Shown: piece after piece, positions 12,858 to 24,727 of the stretch
Layout: the number at the start of each line of letters is the position of its first letter
How positions within the stretch are numbered: the first letter of the stretch is position 1
Origin: Mytilus edulis
Taxonomy: Eukaryota
Length of the DNA stretch: 64,000 nucleotides
Assembly: GCF_963676685.1 (NCBI RefSeq)
Contig: NC_092353.1
Span: 59,644,001-59,708,000 of the forward strand
Direction: 5' to 3'
Translations under genes and position numbers: made by a program
The notes under the pieces: model-generated
The model's database searches: none
The model's input: only the letters and a program-made list of their open reading frames with translations
Told to the model about the DNA's origin: nothing

Positions 12858-13614
12858 TAGGGATCAAAACGGTATTTGGAAGGCCATATAATTTACCCTC
12901 AATTTCAGATCGACTCTTGAGTTATAAGGGTCAATATAGGATGAACGGATCATATAAACCGGAGGGAAAATATGATACAAGCTCAAACGAAAAAATATAA
13001 ACGAGTCTAAATTGAAAACTAGGTTCAAACCTATGATTGCGTTGGATAAAAACCTCAATTTTTATACGTGTGCATGTAAAACAAATTTCGTTGTAGAAGG
13101 GTCTAAAAACAGCACAAACAACATTTTCCAAAAGACCAAAAAAGTGAAAAAGTATATTTAAACAAAACGTATTTGACTAACAGGTCGAACAACTGATGTT
13201 CTTAAACCCTGCTGACTGCCATTGGCGATTGCCAAATATATATATATATGAATATATGTTTATCACGTTTCCATTTTAAATTCATGTTGTCTAATATAAA
13301 AAGAAGATGTCGTATGATTAACAAAGAGAATTTTTTCCGCAAGACAACACATGTGGTTTAAAATTTATCAACTGTATGTCACTGTACCATCTTCTCCAAT
13401 GAGCAAACCAATATTGCATAGGAAGCTATAAAATGCCACGACATAAAGTCAACATTTGATTTTCCTTTTCCAAAATGTTATTTTATTACTCGATTTCAGA
13501 TTACAAAAACGAGTTTAAGTTTGTTAATAAATATTACTTCTCGCAATCTGTATGGAGACATGTGTCATTTAAAGAAAATTTCTTTCATTTCTCTACGATC
13601 TCTTTATCTAATAT

Positions 13615-13860
13615 TGGGATTACTATAAAGAGTAAGCATCCTTATAGTTAAGCGGTTAGGTCAAGCTATAGTAGAGTTATTGCCGTTAAATGAAATAACG
13701 TTTGCTATAGAAATCGATTTTCTGACACTCAAAAGACCGATTGGTTTTTGTTGTCTAGCAGCATAGAGAAATCTTAAGATTGAAATGCAATTAGATGTAG
13801 TGTCGTACAGAATTGGGTTATAAAACAAGTGTAATGAGTCACAATTACTGTTTTAGCTTT
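13615..13860 (+). other. Conserved non-coding element, copy 1 (candidate structured ncRNA or enhancer)
   Basis: About 7 differences in ~155 bp versus copy 2, while flanks are visibly more diverged. Confidence 0.7.
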
Positions 13861-15370
13861 TGGTGAATTCTTCCCTGTCATTTTTTGTTATCAAATTTGT
13901 TTATTGTTTGTAAATAGTTTATGATATAATTTTGTAGATACGTTGCAAATATCGCTTTTGTAAGAGTCTCGTTATATCTTACAGACTATTTTTTTTATGA
14001 TATTCCTATTTTATAACAAAATTGAAGACATTTCGTTTTGTGATATAGTATGATGTAATTAGTAAAGGCAAAATTTGAATATATTGATATGTGTATCTTT
14101 CTTTATATTTTTTTTAAAGGCGAATGGCGTTTGTTTGTTATCTTTTTCACATTTGTAGTATAATTTTACTAGTTCAGTTCTAATGTTTTTAATTTTATAT
14201 TTCGTTATTAAATGATAAAATATTCAACATCTTAGTTTTTGTTTGTAACAATAATTTTGTCATCTTATAATTCTTTTTCGTAGTACTGATTCATGTGTTA
14301 TCTCATTCAATTACAAATGAGACGTAGTCGTCTAGAAATACAATTTAATCCCTAGCAGTGCAGACGAAAGGCTTTTAAACTTTACTACTTTAACACACAT
14401 CATGAAGAATTGAGGAGTAATTATCGTTTATATTGAATCAAAAATTGTATTTGTTTATTCCCTTTAACATTTACAAAGTTTTGTTATGTGTCTAAAAAAT
14501 CGAGATCGATTTTGAATTCAGCATCGACTTTTCAGCTCTCATTGACTCACGCATCATATCCTTCGGAAAATAAAGTCGGTGAAATATTAAATATCTTCAA
14601 TTAATCTGATTTTCACCTTTTACTGGCAATGAAGCGTTTACTTATAATGTCACCAAACTGCATAATACCATCAAACATATATGTAGAGAACTTAAACAGG
14701 ATTTAATTCATTTGATGGGTTTAAATCATACATCTTATCACCTTATCACACTATCTACTAGTTTCACATTCACAATTTGTTTGATATTACACTCTTGAAT
14801 TTCAATATTCAATAAAGTAATGAATACTATTGTTGGTAATATACAGAGGTATTTGGTTTTGAAGGTCATCGTGGTTCACTCTTATTATAATTTGTATTTC
14901 AATATTGCGAAAGTATATAAAAAAATTTTGTAACATGTCGTTGTAAACAAATATTTTTGACAAAACACTTTAATTTTCTCCCAAAAAAAACTTTTTGAAC
15001 GATACATTCTAGAATTTTAATATATATTTGAATCAATGAAACAGTTACTTTTATTTTTTAATTTCAATTATTCGATATTTGTTTCATTCTTAATAGACAC
15101 AAATCACAAATGATTATTTCGATCCCAAATGCATAACCGGAAAAAAGTTAGCATACAGTTGTCGCTTGGTTCACCGTTCTGTTTATCCACCTCAATTGCT
15201 TTCTTGTGGTAAATTGAGTTTAGCTGATTAAAATTAAACTTATATATATGGAATTCGTTAGAAAGACGGAAAACCTGTGGATTAAGGTGTTAAAAGATCA
15301 CAATTTAAGGTCAGTGTTGCTTAAAGTAAATTTCGTTAAATGCTTTACAGATGGTTACTTTAGTTTCTCT

Positions 15371-15417
15371 GGAAATTGGAAATGAAACTTATAGAAATTG
15401 AAAAATAGGAAAGGAAA
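15371..15417 (+). promoter_or_regulatory. Cluster of ISRE/IRF-E-like motifs
   Basis: GAAATGAAACT, GAAATTGAAA and GAAAGGAAA in tandem; paralogous cluster at 26184-26230. Confidence 0.45.
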
Positions 15418-16260
15418 AGTCGCCTATCAATTTAATGGTTAAATTGTTCGTCGCCTCTGTATTTAATACAAAATTACCCCAAAAAACCTTTTGTAATCTA
15501 AAGTTCTCTGGAAGGGTTCCGAAACTACACATAGTAGGATGAGATTATTTCTCAATATGCACTAACCAAGTGCAATAGAATATTCAACAATAAAAAAAAC
15601 AACTGAACTTGAGTGTTGTTTAGAATTACAGTATTTTTTTAAACTGTTCTGTTATGATAGACGACAACTTGGATAAGACATTTCGAGAAATAATCTAATC
15701 CTACTATACGGAGTTTCAAAACACTTCCAGAGCACTTGAGATCACCAGAATTTTGACTGGGTTCGTGATGTTCATTCTTTAGTTTTAATGTTGTGTTTCC
15801 ATGTTTTCTAATCAGTAGATAACGTACATCTATGTTTTTCGGATTTTTTCAATGTGATGATACAAATCAAATTTATTAAGTTTTCCACACTGTACTGTTC
15901 ACCTATTGTCCTCTTCTTTATACTGCTTCTCATTATTTCCCTTTGTCTTTCTTTTTAAAATTATCAGCATAATTGTAAAATGACGTATAAAAAAGAAATC
16001 ATATTTAAACAAACGACTATTTATTTTCACTGGTGGATTCTGCATCATTGAAATTTATTTTTGATCCTCGGACATTCGTGAATTTAATTTTGGTTTCACT
16101 TTAAAAATGTATTTATATATATCTTATATATAAATTTTCTTTAGTTCGTGTTAAACATTTAAACCCATATAAATCAATAATAACGTGTTTGCATATTGTA
16201 GTCAAATATATCATGTATATATCTATTGACTTGTATGCATATTGAAATACACTTCCAGTT

Positions 16261-17888
16261 ATGGCGAATCATACGTTTCAACGAGACGAAAATCAAGAGA
16301 AACTTAAATCGCCGAAATCACTGCAGTGTAGATTCCATGACACAGAAGAATACACGATATTTTGCAAAGATTGTAAGGACTTCATGTGTTTTAAATGCAT
16401 CGGTCAGTTACACCAAAAACACGACTTGAGTCAATTGCAAGGTGCCGAGGAAGACATTCGTAAAGAAATGAAGGATCTGTTATTTAAGAACAAATATGCT
16501 GAACAACTTAATTCACTGAGCGATAAAGTTTCGGATAAAGAGAAAGAACTTGTACAAGATGAGGAAAGTCTTAAACGTAAAATAAGAACTAGTGTAAACA
16601 AAATGAAGCAAAACATTGATCTAGCGGAGGAACGCCTATTGTCAGTGTTATGTAATGCACACGAAAGCTATCAAATATCTCTACAAGAACAAAAGACAAA
16701 TATCAATAATTTACAAAGAGAAATCGCTAATTTAGACGTTGATAAGCTTCCCGAGTATAACATGAATCATGTTATTTTTAGTTTGTCTGATATGAAGCTT
16801 TGTTCCGCGTCGTGTGACAAAATTATAAATCATCCAAAACCGAGCTTTAAACAAACTATGGCGTTTTCAATTGGAAATGTGATCCTTTTAGAAGACAATC
16901 TTAAAGGTGATGTATCAGCATTGCCTTCAAGCTCTGACATATCAGTTCAAACAGAATTTTCTGAGGATTCAGACATTCAATGGTTTGATGCTGAAGACAT
17001 GGAGGAAGAGGATTTAATCGAAATCTCATCCGATGAACTACAGATGAGTACCCGATTAATTTTCAACTAAAGCAGAATACAAAGCTGGTTGGAAAAATAG
17101 TTCCTTTCGCTGAAAAGGATGCTTGGATCATTGCAAACCAAAAGCTACTTAAAATTGTTGATCACTCCTTGCAAGTCGATATTTACGCAGATAAAGTTGA
17201 TGATATTGTTGTTCTCAAAGATGGATGTGCTTTGGTTCTTTCTTCTGCTGAATCTTTTGTTATGAAACTACTACCAAATAGACGGCTAGTAAAATTTGCA
17301 GACGTCGGTCTCATGTGTACGTATTTCAGATGCAATCCATATTGCATTTCCATAAAAGATGACATATAAGTAACATATAATTGGTCTATTACAGGAGGTA
17401 AACATTCTAATTACAATGTCTGCAACCATATCATATGGATGAACACAGATGGAATAGTAACTGAACGCTCGATATTTTCGAAAAATATTTGGAAGCGACC
17501 AAGTTCCATACAAATTTTGGAATCAGGTGTATGTGTCTTATATCGTTTAGATAGTGAATCTAACCTGAATTCTATAGATCTATTAGAGACAAAATCTGAT
17601 AAATGTAATAAACGTTATAGTTTTAGAGGGATATATGGGGTTAATCCAATAAAGAACTTTGAATGTAAAGGAATATGCGTCGATAAAGCTGGCAATATCA
17701 TAGTATCAGACTATCGTCACCATAGTGTGTATGTTCTTGACAAAGAGTTAAAGTACAAGAAAACATTATTCGATGCAAGAAACGGACTGGACAAGCCAGC
17801 GGCTATTTGTGTTTTCAATAGCCATCTATGGGTTGCGGACGGCAGTCAAATATTCATTTTTAACTATGATTATGCCGAAAATAGTTGA
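16261..17888 (+). pseudogene. TRIM-like paralog 2, disabled
   Basis: 1-bp deletion near 17039 (the shifted frame reads DEYPINFQ as in the paralogs) and in-frame TAA at 17367-17369; remainder colinear with genes 1 and 3. Confidence 0.88.
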
Positions 17889-19875
17889 ATTTTATCAGAT
17901 CTTGAGTTACAAGGAAAAGGTCAAAGTTTGATCGCTCTTGTTGAATGTATGTGTGAATATTCCATTTCTATTGTCTATTTATAAAAAAAACTGCGGTGTG
18001 TTTATTTACAATATACATTTTTGAGACACTTAGCAATGTTTTTCTTGCGAGATATTCGAAATGTGTTCCCATTTTCATCATTCTTAATGTTATATGTACA
18101 ATGATAAATTTTGTAAGCTATTATTTGTGTTATTCCCCATTCTCCGTTTCTGCAATATTACAGTGGAATATCAATTAATGTGCTACTATTTCTTGATTGT
18201 ATTTGTATCCTTCACATTAGTGTCCAATAAATGCATATTCATCTCTTTCATTTAATAATTAAATGATAAATATATGTATAATATTAGAGTTGTACTCCGA
18301 ATAAGTTATCATAGGTAGCATTGTCTTTTATTCTGTATATAGAGATTAAGTTATTATTCATTGACTACTATAATCATTGCAACTCCTAGGTAATGTTGGC
18401 CTAAACTAGGTATACTGTTACGGTTTATTATCTTGATACTCAAAATGTTTTGTGAAGATGGGGATACATATGTCTGAACACACTGACATGCATATTATTT
18501 ACTTATCAATTATTGTTCGCATTTATTTCTTGTTCACGTTTCGTTGAAATAGGACAGCAAACCAACGCAAAAATAACGAAAAGACATAGAGGTCATTACA
18601 TATGTTTTTAATTAGACAGATGTCTGTTATATTTTATATTGTTGATGAATACTCCATAGAACTTCACAAATATTGCATGATGGTATTTAAGTGTAGATTC
18701 TATGAACTGGTGTTGTTGTGGTGTTCTTCGTCTTATTTACGTGGTATAGCATTCTTTTTATTTGTTTTTTTGTATTTTTTTTTAACCTTTTCTGTTTAGT
18801 CCATGTTTGGGAATATGCTTAGTATTTAAACATTCTTCAATTGTGTCATTTTGCTATGGTATTTTTTTGTATTCTTGTCTTTCTTTGCTAATGTACTTTG
18901 TCTATGGAGCGTCGACTATAGGCAATTTTGTTTTTCTTTCTTGACATAGTTGTTTATATTTATAGTAATTATGATTCTAACACAGTGTGTAATGTTTTCA
19001 TCAATTTTTGACATACAAACCAGGTTTAATCCACCATTTTCGTAATGATTATTATAGTTGTTTCTATTCGTTTAATGTTTGTGAGCTTTTCGTATGTTCA
19101 TATGTTTATGAAATTTTATACATTCAACCTTTATTTCTAATACTGGAACTATCCTGACTTTTTGTTACGAATGAAACCCTAAACATCACCCTACGAGTAT
19201 GAATACGTAAACAAATAAAGAGGCCAAAACGTATTATCAATTTTTGATGAAAAATATTAGCCATTTTTATGACAGATTGTGTGCTATATAACTTCCGATT
19301 ACTTTACCATTTTATCTTTCAAATTTTCTACTCGTGAATCTTGACGCACATATGAAATTGTAATACTTTTCGTGATGAAAAAAATAATTTGATAGGAAAA
19401 TACTTGAATAATGTGGTCATGTTGAGTGTCATTTTATATTGATGGTTTATGTGTTTATATTTTAAAAAGTTGTGCTAAAAGCGGCGTTAAACCACCAACA
19501 ATCAATCCGTTTTAATTAATTTTGGCACTATATAAAAAGATGTTGTGGTATGACTGCCAATGAGACAACTTTCCACAAGACAACACATGACGTTAAGTAT
19601 TGATATATTTCACCGCGTACTATCTTCCACAATGAGCAAACCAATATCGCTTCTGTATTGACTTGCAATATCGTTTATATGTTCATAATAATAAATTAAA
19701 CTTTGAATGTTTGAAATACTAAGGCTATTCTACCGCAGGAATAGACTATCCTAGCTGTATTTGGCAAAACTTTCAGGAACTTTCCTGTCCTCAATGCTCT
19801 TAAACTTCGTACTTTATTTGGCCTTTTTTTAACATGTTTTATTCGAGCGTCACTAGTGAGTCTTTAAAAGACTAA

Positions 19876-21050
19876 TGCCGGCGTCACACATCGGCGTATA
19901 GACCGGCGTGCACCAAGCGTACAGAGAAAATTGACAAACTCGGTATACGTTAGTTGTACGCTAGAAGAACACTAAACAATCGTTAAACGCGCGTTGCATT
20001 AATTTGAAGTACGTCGAAAAAAAGATATACGCTTGTGAACGCTACAGCTCGAGGAAATTTTTAAGCAGCATGAAAATTTGCATGCAGCTCAAGCATAATA
20101 CATACGCTACAGATACGTTTGAGACACGTTAAGGGCACGTTGTATATGCTTCAAGATCGTTCGACTTTACCTAAAACGTATGCGGGTGTGTTTGTAACAA
20201 ACACCCCATAATAAAAAGTCCAAGAGACGACCGAGACGCTTACTTAATACGTTCAAGAAACCTTTTTTTCTTCTTAGCGTGGATTCCACCTACGTTAGAC
20301 AATCGCCAGGCATACGCCACCATACGTTTTTTAACGCCCGATAAACGCGTAGGTACGCTTCTCGAGCGCCCAATACTAGCTTAAGGTGGATCGGGACTAT
20401 TCGACTGCGCATAATTTCACGCATAAATTACAATGCACACGAAAATTATTTCTCGTTAATTCGATATTTTTTTTTAATATTTTGATTGATAAGAAATGTT
20501 TCATCATTATAGTTATGTCACTAAAAGAATATTTTCGTTATTATGTGTATCTGTTTAAGCCTCAAAATGACATTTCAACAATTTTCCCTATTTTCCCGCC
20601 AAAATTTGGGTTCTAAGGCAAAATATTTTTTTTCATTTGCTCATTCTTTGAAGTTATATTTCAGCTTTTTATAATACAGTTTTGGACCAAGTGTCATAGA
20701 ACTTTTTTTTTTTATATTACAACACCTCTATTTTACCTATCATTTCATTGAAAAATGGTCCCTTTTACATACCTGTTTAAAAGTAAAATTTTGAGCTTAA
20801 ATAGTCCGTATCCCCCTATTTTTTCGACCAATTTGATTCACTTTCTGTAAAGAATAAAATAACAAAAAATACGGCACTTCTGATAAAAATTTCGAAAAGG
20901 CCGGAGCCACCTTAAAGCTCGTTGTGCACACGTTACAGATATGATTGACAGGTTGAATGCATCCAAAACTACTAACGTATTGGCAGCGTACACGATTTTT
21001 TAACACGCCCGACGTACGTTGGAGCTAAACGCTGATGTGTGACGCCGGTA
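19876..21050. mobile_element. Non-autonomous DNA transposon, PIF/Harbinger-like
   Basis: ~26-bp TIRs TGCCGGCGTCACACATCGGCGTATAG / rc TACCGGCGTCACACATCAGCGTTTAG; TAA TSD at 19873-19875 and 21051-21053. Confidence 0.85.
20385..20911. mobile_element. Nested MITE with TTAA TSD and GG...CC termini (Kolobok-like)
   Basis: TTAA-GGTGGATCGGG ... CCGGAGCCACC-TTAA. Confidence 0.7.
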
Positions 21051-21324
21051 TAAACGCGTGTTAGGCGTAAATATGAAATTTCAATTCTGGTATCTATGAT
21101 GAGTTTATAGAACGCTGAAAAAGACACGACATGAAGTCAACTATTATTTTTTCTTTTCCAAAATAATATTTTCCTATTCCATTTCTGATTATAAAACGTT
21201 TAAAATTGTAAATAAGAAAACAGTAGTGTCAACGCCATATCTATTACTTCTCTCAATCTATATTGAGACATGTGCCATTTAAAGAAAATTACTTTCATTT
21301 CTCTTCGATCTCTTTATCTAATAT

Positions 21325-21570
21325 TGGGATTACTATAAAGAGTAAGAATCCTTATAGTTAAGCAGTTAGGTCAGGCTATGGCAGAGTTATTGCCGTTAAA
21401 TGAAATAATGTTTGCTATAGAAATCGATTTTCTGACACTCAAAAGACCGATTGGTTTTTTGTTGTCTAGCAGCATAGAGAAATCTTAAGATTGAAATGCA
21501 ATTAGATGTAGTGTCGTACAACATTGAGTTATAAAACAATTGTAGTGAGTCACAATTACTGTTTTCAGCT
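21325..21570 (+). other. Conserved non-coding element, copy 2
   Basis: Aligns to 13615-13860 and 41167-41410. Confidence 0.7.
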
Positions 21571-21724
21571 TTTAGAGAATTCTCCCCTGTCCATTTATGT
21601 TATCAAATTCATCTATAATTTGTCATAGTTTATGTTATAACTTTGTAGATGCGATGCAAAGAGTCTCAATACATTTGTATTTCTTCTTACAGGATAGTTT
21701 CCATTCTGTATAAAAGAGGAAAAG

Positions 21725-22080
21725 CTATTTATTTGTATATCCCACCTAAGGGAATTGTTTGGGTTTCGGTCTGCGCGTCCGTTCCTTTTTCCGTTCGTCC
21801 GTTAGTCTTTCCCACTTCAGGTTACAGTGTTTCTTTAAAGTTTTTGTTAATTTTTTTGTTTAAGTTTTTGGTTAAAGTGTTTTAAATGGATTTTGATAAA
21901 GTTGAAGTCCAATCAACTTGAAACTTGGTACACATGTTCCCTATGATATGGTCGTTCTAATTTTAATTTTCTAATTTTCTAATTTTATTGCCAAAAAAAT
22001 GATTGACCAAATTCCACGGTCCACTGAACTTATTAAATGAAAGTGCGAGTAAGGCATTCGTGTACTATTCACACATTATT
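21725..22080. mobile_element. Helentron/HINE-like interspersed repeat with a CGTC-type microsatellite (paralog ~41585-41780)
   Basis: CGTCCGTT repeats; present after conserved-element copies 2 and 3 but not copy 1. Confidence 0.4.
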
Positions 22081-24420
22081 GTTGGTATATATAGTATGAT
22101 GCAGTTTGTTATTGAACATGGATTAAATTCAAATATATCTTTCTTTATATTTTATTTCAATGACGAGTGTGTTGCAGTTTATCTTCATCACATAAGTAAT
22201 ATTATCCATTGTTTCAGTCTTAATGCTTTTAATTCTATTTCAATAATTTCTTTTGCAACAATAATTTTATCATCTTATGATTCTTTTAGTAGTACTTATC
22301 CGTGTATTGCGTCATTGAATTATGATTTAGGTGTGTTGTCTCATTGGAAATCATATCAGACCTTCTTTTTTTATATCCAATCCCTAGTCGCTTGACACAT
22401 AAAGCTTTTAAAATTAATTCTGCTACTTTTACACCTAACATGAAGAATTTTAGAGTACTAACAAAACTTGATATTGTTAGGAAATGACTGTTTTTCTTTT
22501 TTAAGGACTTACCAATCCTGCGTGGGTTGGACAAAGGTTTGTTTTAATCAAACATCGAGATCTTCAGAATTCTAGCCTACAGGGGTTTCTCTATCTTATT
22601 GAGTAATTCGTTTTCAAAATTAGTGAAACTTAGGTCAGGTACTTACAGAAAAATCGCAATGATGTTGTACGAGGAACGGGGAAAATAAAATAACGAAATT
22701 ATCGAACTTCGAAGAAAATTCAAATTATAAAGTCCCTTATCAAAAAGCAACTGTTACATCAAAAGTTCAAACACATCAAACGTATGAAAAACAACTGTCT
22801 TATTCCTGACTTGGAAAAAGCATTCTGGATTAAATCTTGGTTAATCACTTGTTATTGTCCAGAACATGCACGTATGTTTTGCTTCTTTACATATACATCG
22901 TTAAGTCTATCTATTTGTTTAATTGATTTAATTTTTACAAAGCTGTTTAATGCCTCTAAACAAGAGTATTCAAATGGAAGTTAGAATAAACTTTTTCTTT
23001 GTACGAATTCAACACTTTAGATAGTTAGTGACCCACCTGAGAGGATGAAATTATAAACATCTTCAATTAATCTAATGTTTTATACAATTTTCACGTATTA
23101 CTGACATTAAAACATTAATTTATTATGTCAGTAAAATACATGACTCTATCGAAAAAAGGAGAATATGAATGGGATTTAATTGATGTTATATGGGTTTAAA
23201 TCGTACATTTGAAAAATCCGACCCTATCTGGTATGATATTCACAGTTGTGTAATATTACAATTCTATGAAATTATTGATCATAATATTTTTATTAGACTG
23301 AAGAATTTTTTTCGGGGTCATTGAGTTACAGCTTAATATTGACATGTATATAGATTTGTGACGTACACAAATATTTTGTAAAATACTGTATTTACTTAAA
23401 TGTTCTCAAATAAAACATTCTGATCTATTTCTTTTGTTCTTTTGTTAAATTTTGTAATTTTGACGTGGATAATGAATTTTGGTGTGGTTAACTGTGATTT
23501 GGGGTTAACCGTCAAATCATTTATTATTTATTTAATTTTTTGCATATTGATAAATCGTTATTTCTAGTCTTCTATCACAAAAAAAATGTTCAAGATGTAT
23601 TTTATCGTTAATAAAAACTAATCATTAATGTCTCAATGTTATCCCTAACGCTAAAAGAGAGACGAAAGATACCAAAGGGACAGTCAAACTCATCAATCGA
23701 AAATAAACTGACAACGCTATGGCTAAAAATGAAAAAGACACGTTTTCAGCTGTGTCAGTAATTCACAAACATACAGTAACAAACTGTATGTAAAAAAGAA
23801 CGACCATTCAACTTGCAACATTATGACCAGGGTTAAATAAAGGCAAAAGTAGTACAGTTGTAGTATACTGCTGATCAACCTTTTGTTTTACTATTTGTTA
23901 TGACCTTTTTATAATTTAAATATATATTTAAGAACTCATTTTGTGGTTTCAAAGAATTATGCGCCAATGGTTTTGTCTCTAAAAAGAATTGAATCGTTAA
24001 TTGGGCCAGACAAAATGTTTTTTAACTTGTTTCGGCTACTTTTTCAAACAGAAGAGTAGCTACATGTATGCATATATTTATATAAAACGTAACAAAGAAT
24101 GTTATTGTCATGGAATGAATTAATTAGTTTTCTTGCTGACTAGTATGTAGTGAACTGAAATCTCCGGATTTGTAACTCGAAGTTCACAACACCAACAATT
24201 CGGATTGTCAAAGTGGTAGCACACAATGGTCTCTCATTATAATAAATCACTGTGTTCTTATCTTTACTCGAATTTAATGACATAGCCCTTGAAATATCGT
24301 GCAGATGTTGTACTCAAAAACATACAGAAGAAATAACGTGTTATTATCCAGAACATGCATGTATTACTTGCTGATAGACATATGCATCGCTCAGTCAATA
24401 TATTTTTGTATTCTCTAATA

Positions 24421-24727
24421 CAATTGAGAATGGAAATGGGGAATGTGCCAAAGAGACAACAACCCGACCATAGAAAAAAACAACAGCAGAAGGTCACCAA
24501 CAAGTCTTCAATGTAGCGAGAAATTCCCGCACCCGGAGGCGTTCTTCAGCTGGCCCCTAAACAAATATATACTAGTGCAGTGATAATGAACGCCATACTA
24601 GCTTCCAAATTGTACACAAGAAACTAAAATTAAAATAATACAAGACTAGCAAAGGCCAGAGGCTCCTGACTTGGGACAGGCGCAAAAATGCGGCGGGGTT
24701 AAACATGTTTGTGAGATCTCAACCCTA
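24421..24727 (-). mobile_element. Solo 3' terminal (pLTR) fragment of Naiad family 1
   Basis: Matches 42497-42800 and the rc of 48300-48605; further fragments near 27040-27108, 30800-30891 and 56340-56580. Confidence 0.85.

Larger units (their letters stand above)
11908..13238 (-). mobile_element. Tandem array of ~2.4 units of 541-544 bp, each full unit carrying a hammerhead (retrozyme/pLTR-like), flanked by (TA)n
   Basis: Unit anchor AACGAGTCTAAATTG at 11915, 12456 and 13000; TA runs on both sides. Confidence 0.88.

Noticed and set aside
11861-13131. Repeated short ORFs in the 542-bp array
   Set aside because: Frames are broken between units by indels; no recognisable domain
13639-13725. 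tRNA gene within the conserved element
   Set aside because: A-box-like and T-loop-like pieces exist, but no acceptor stem or anticodon arm forms
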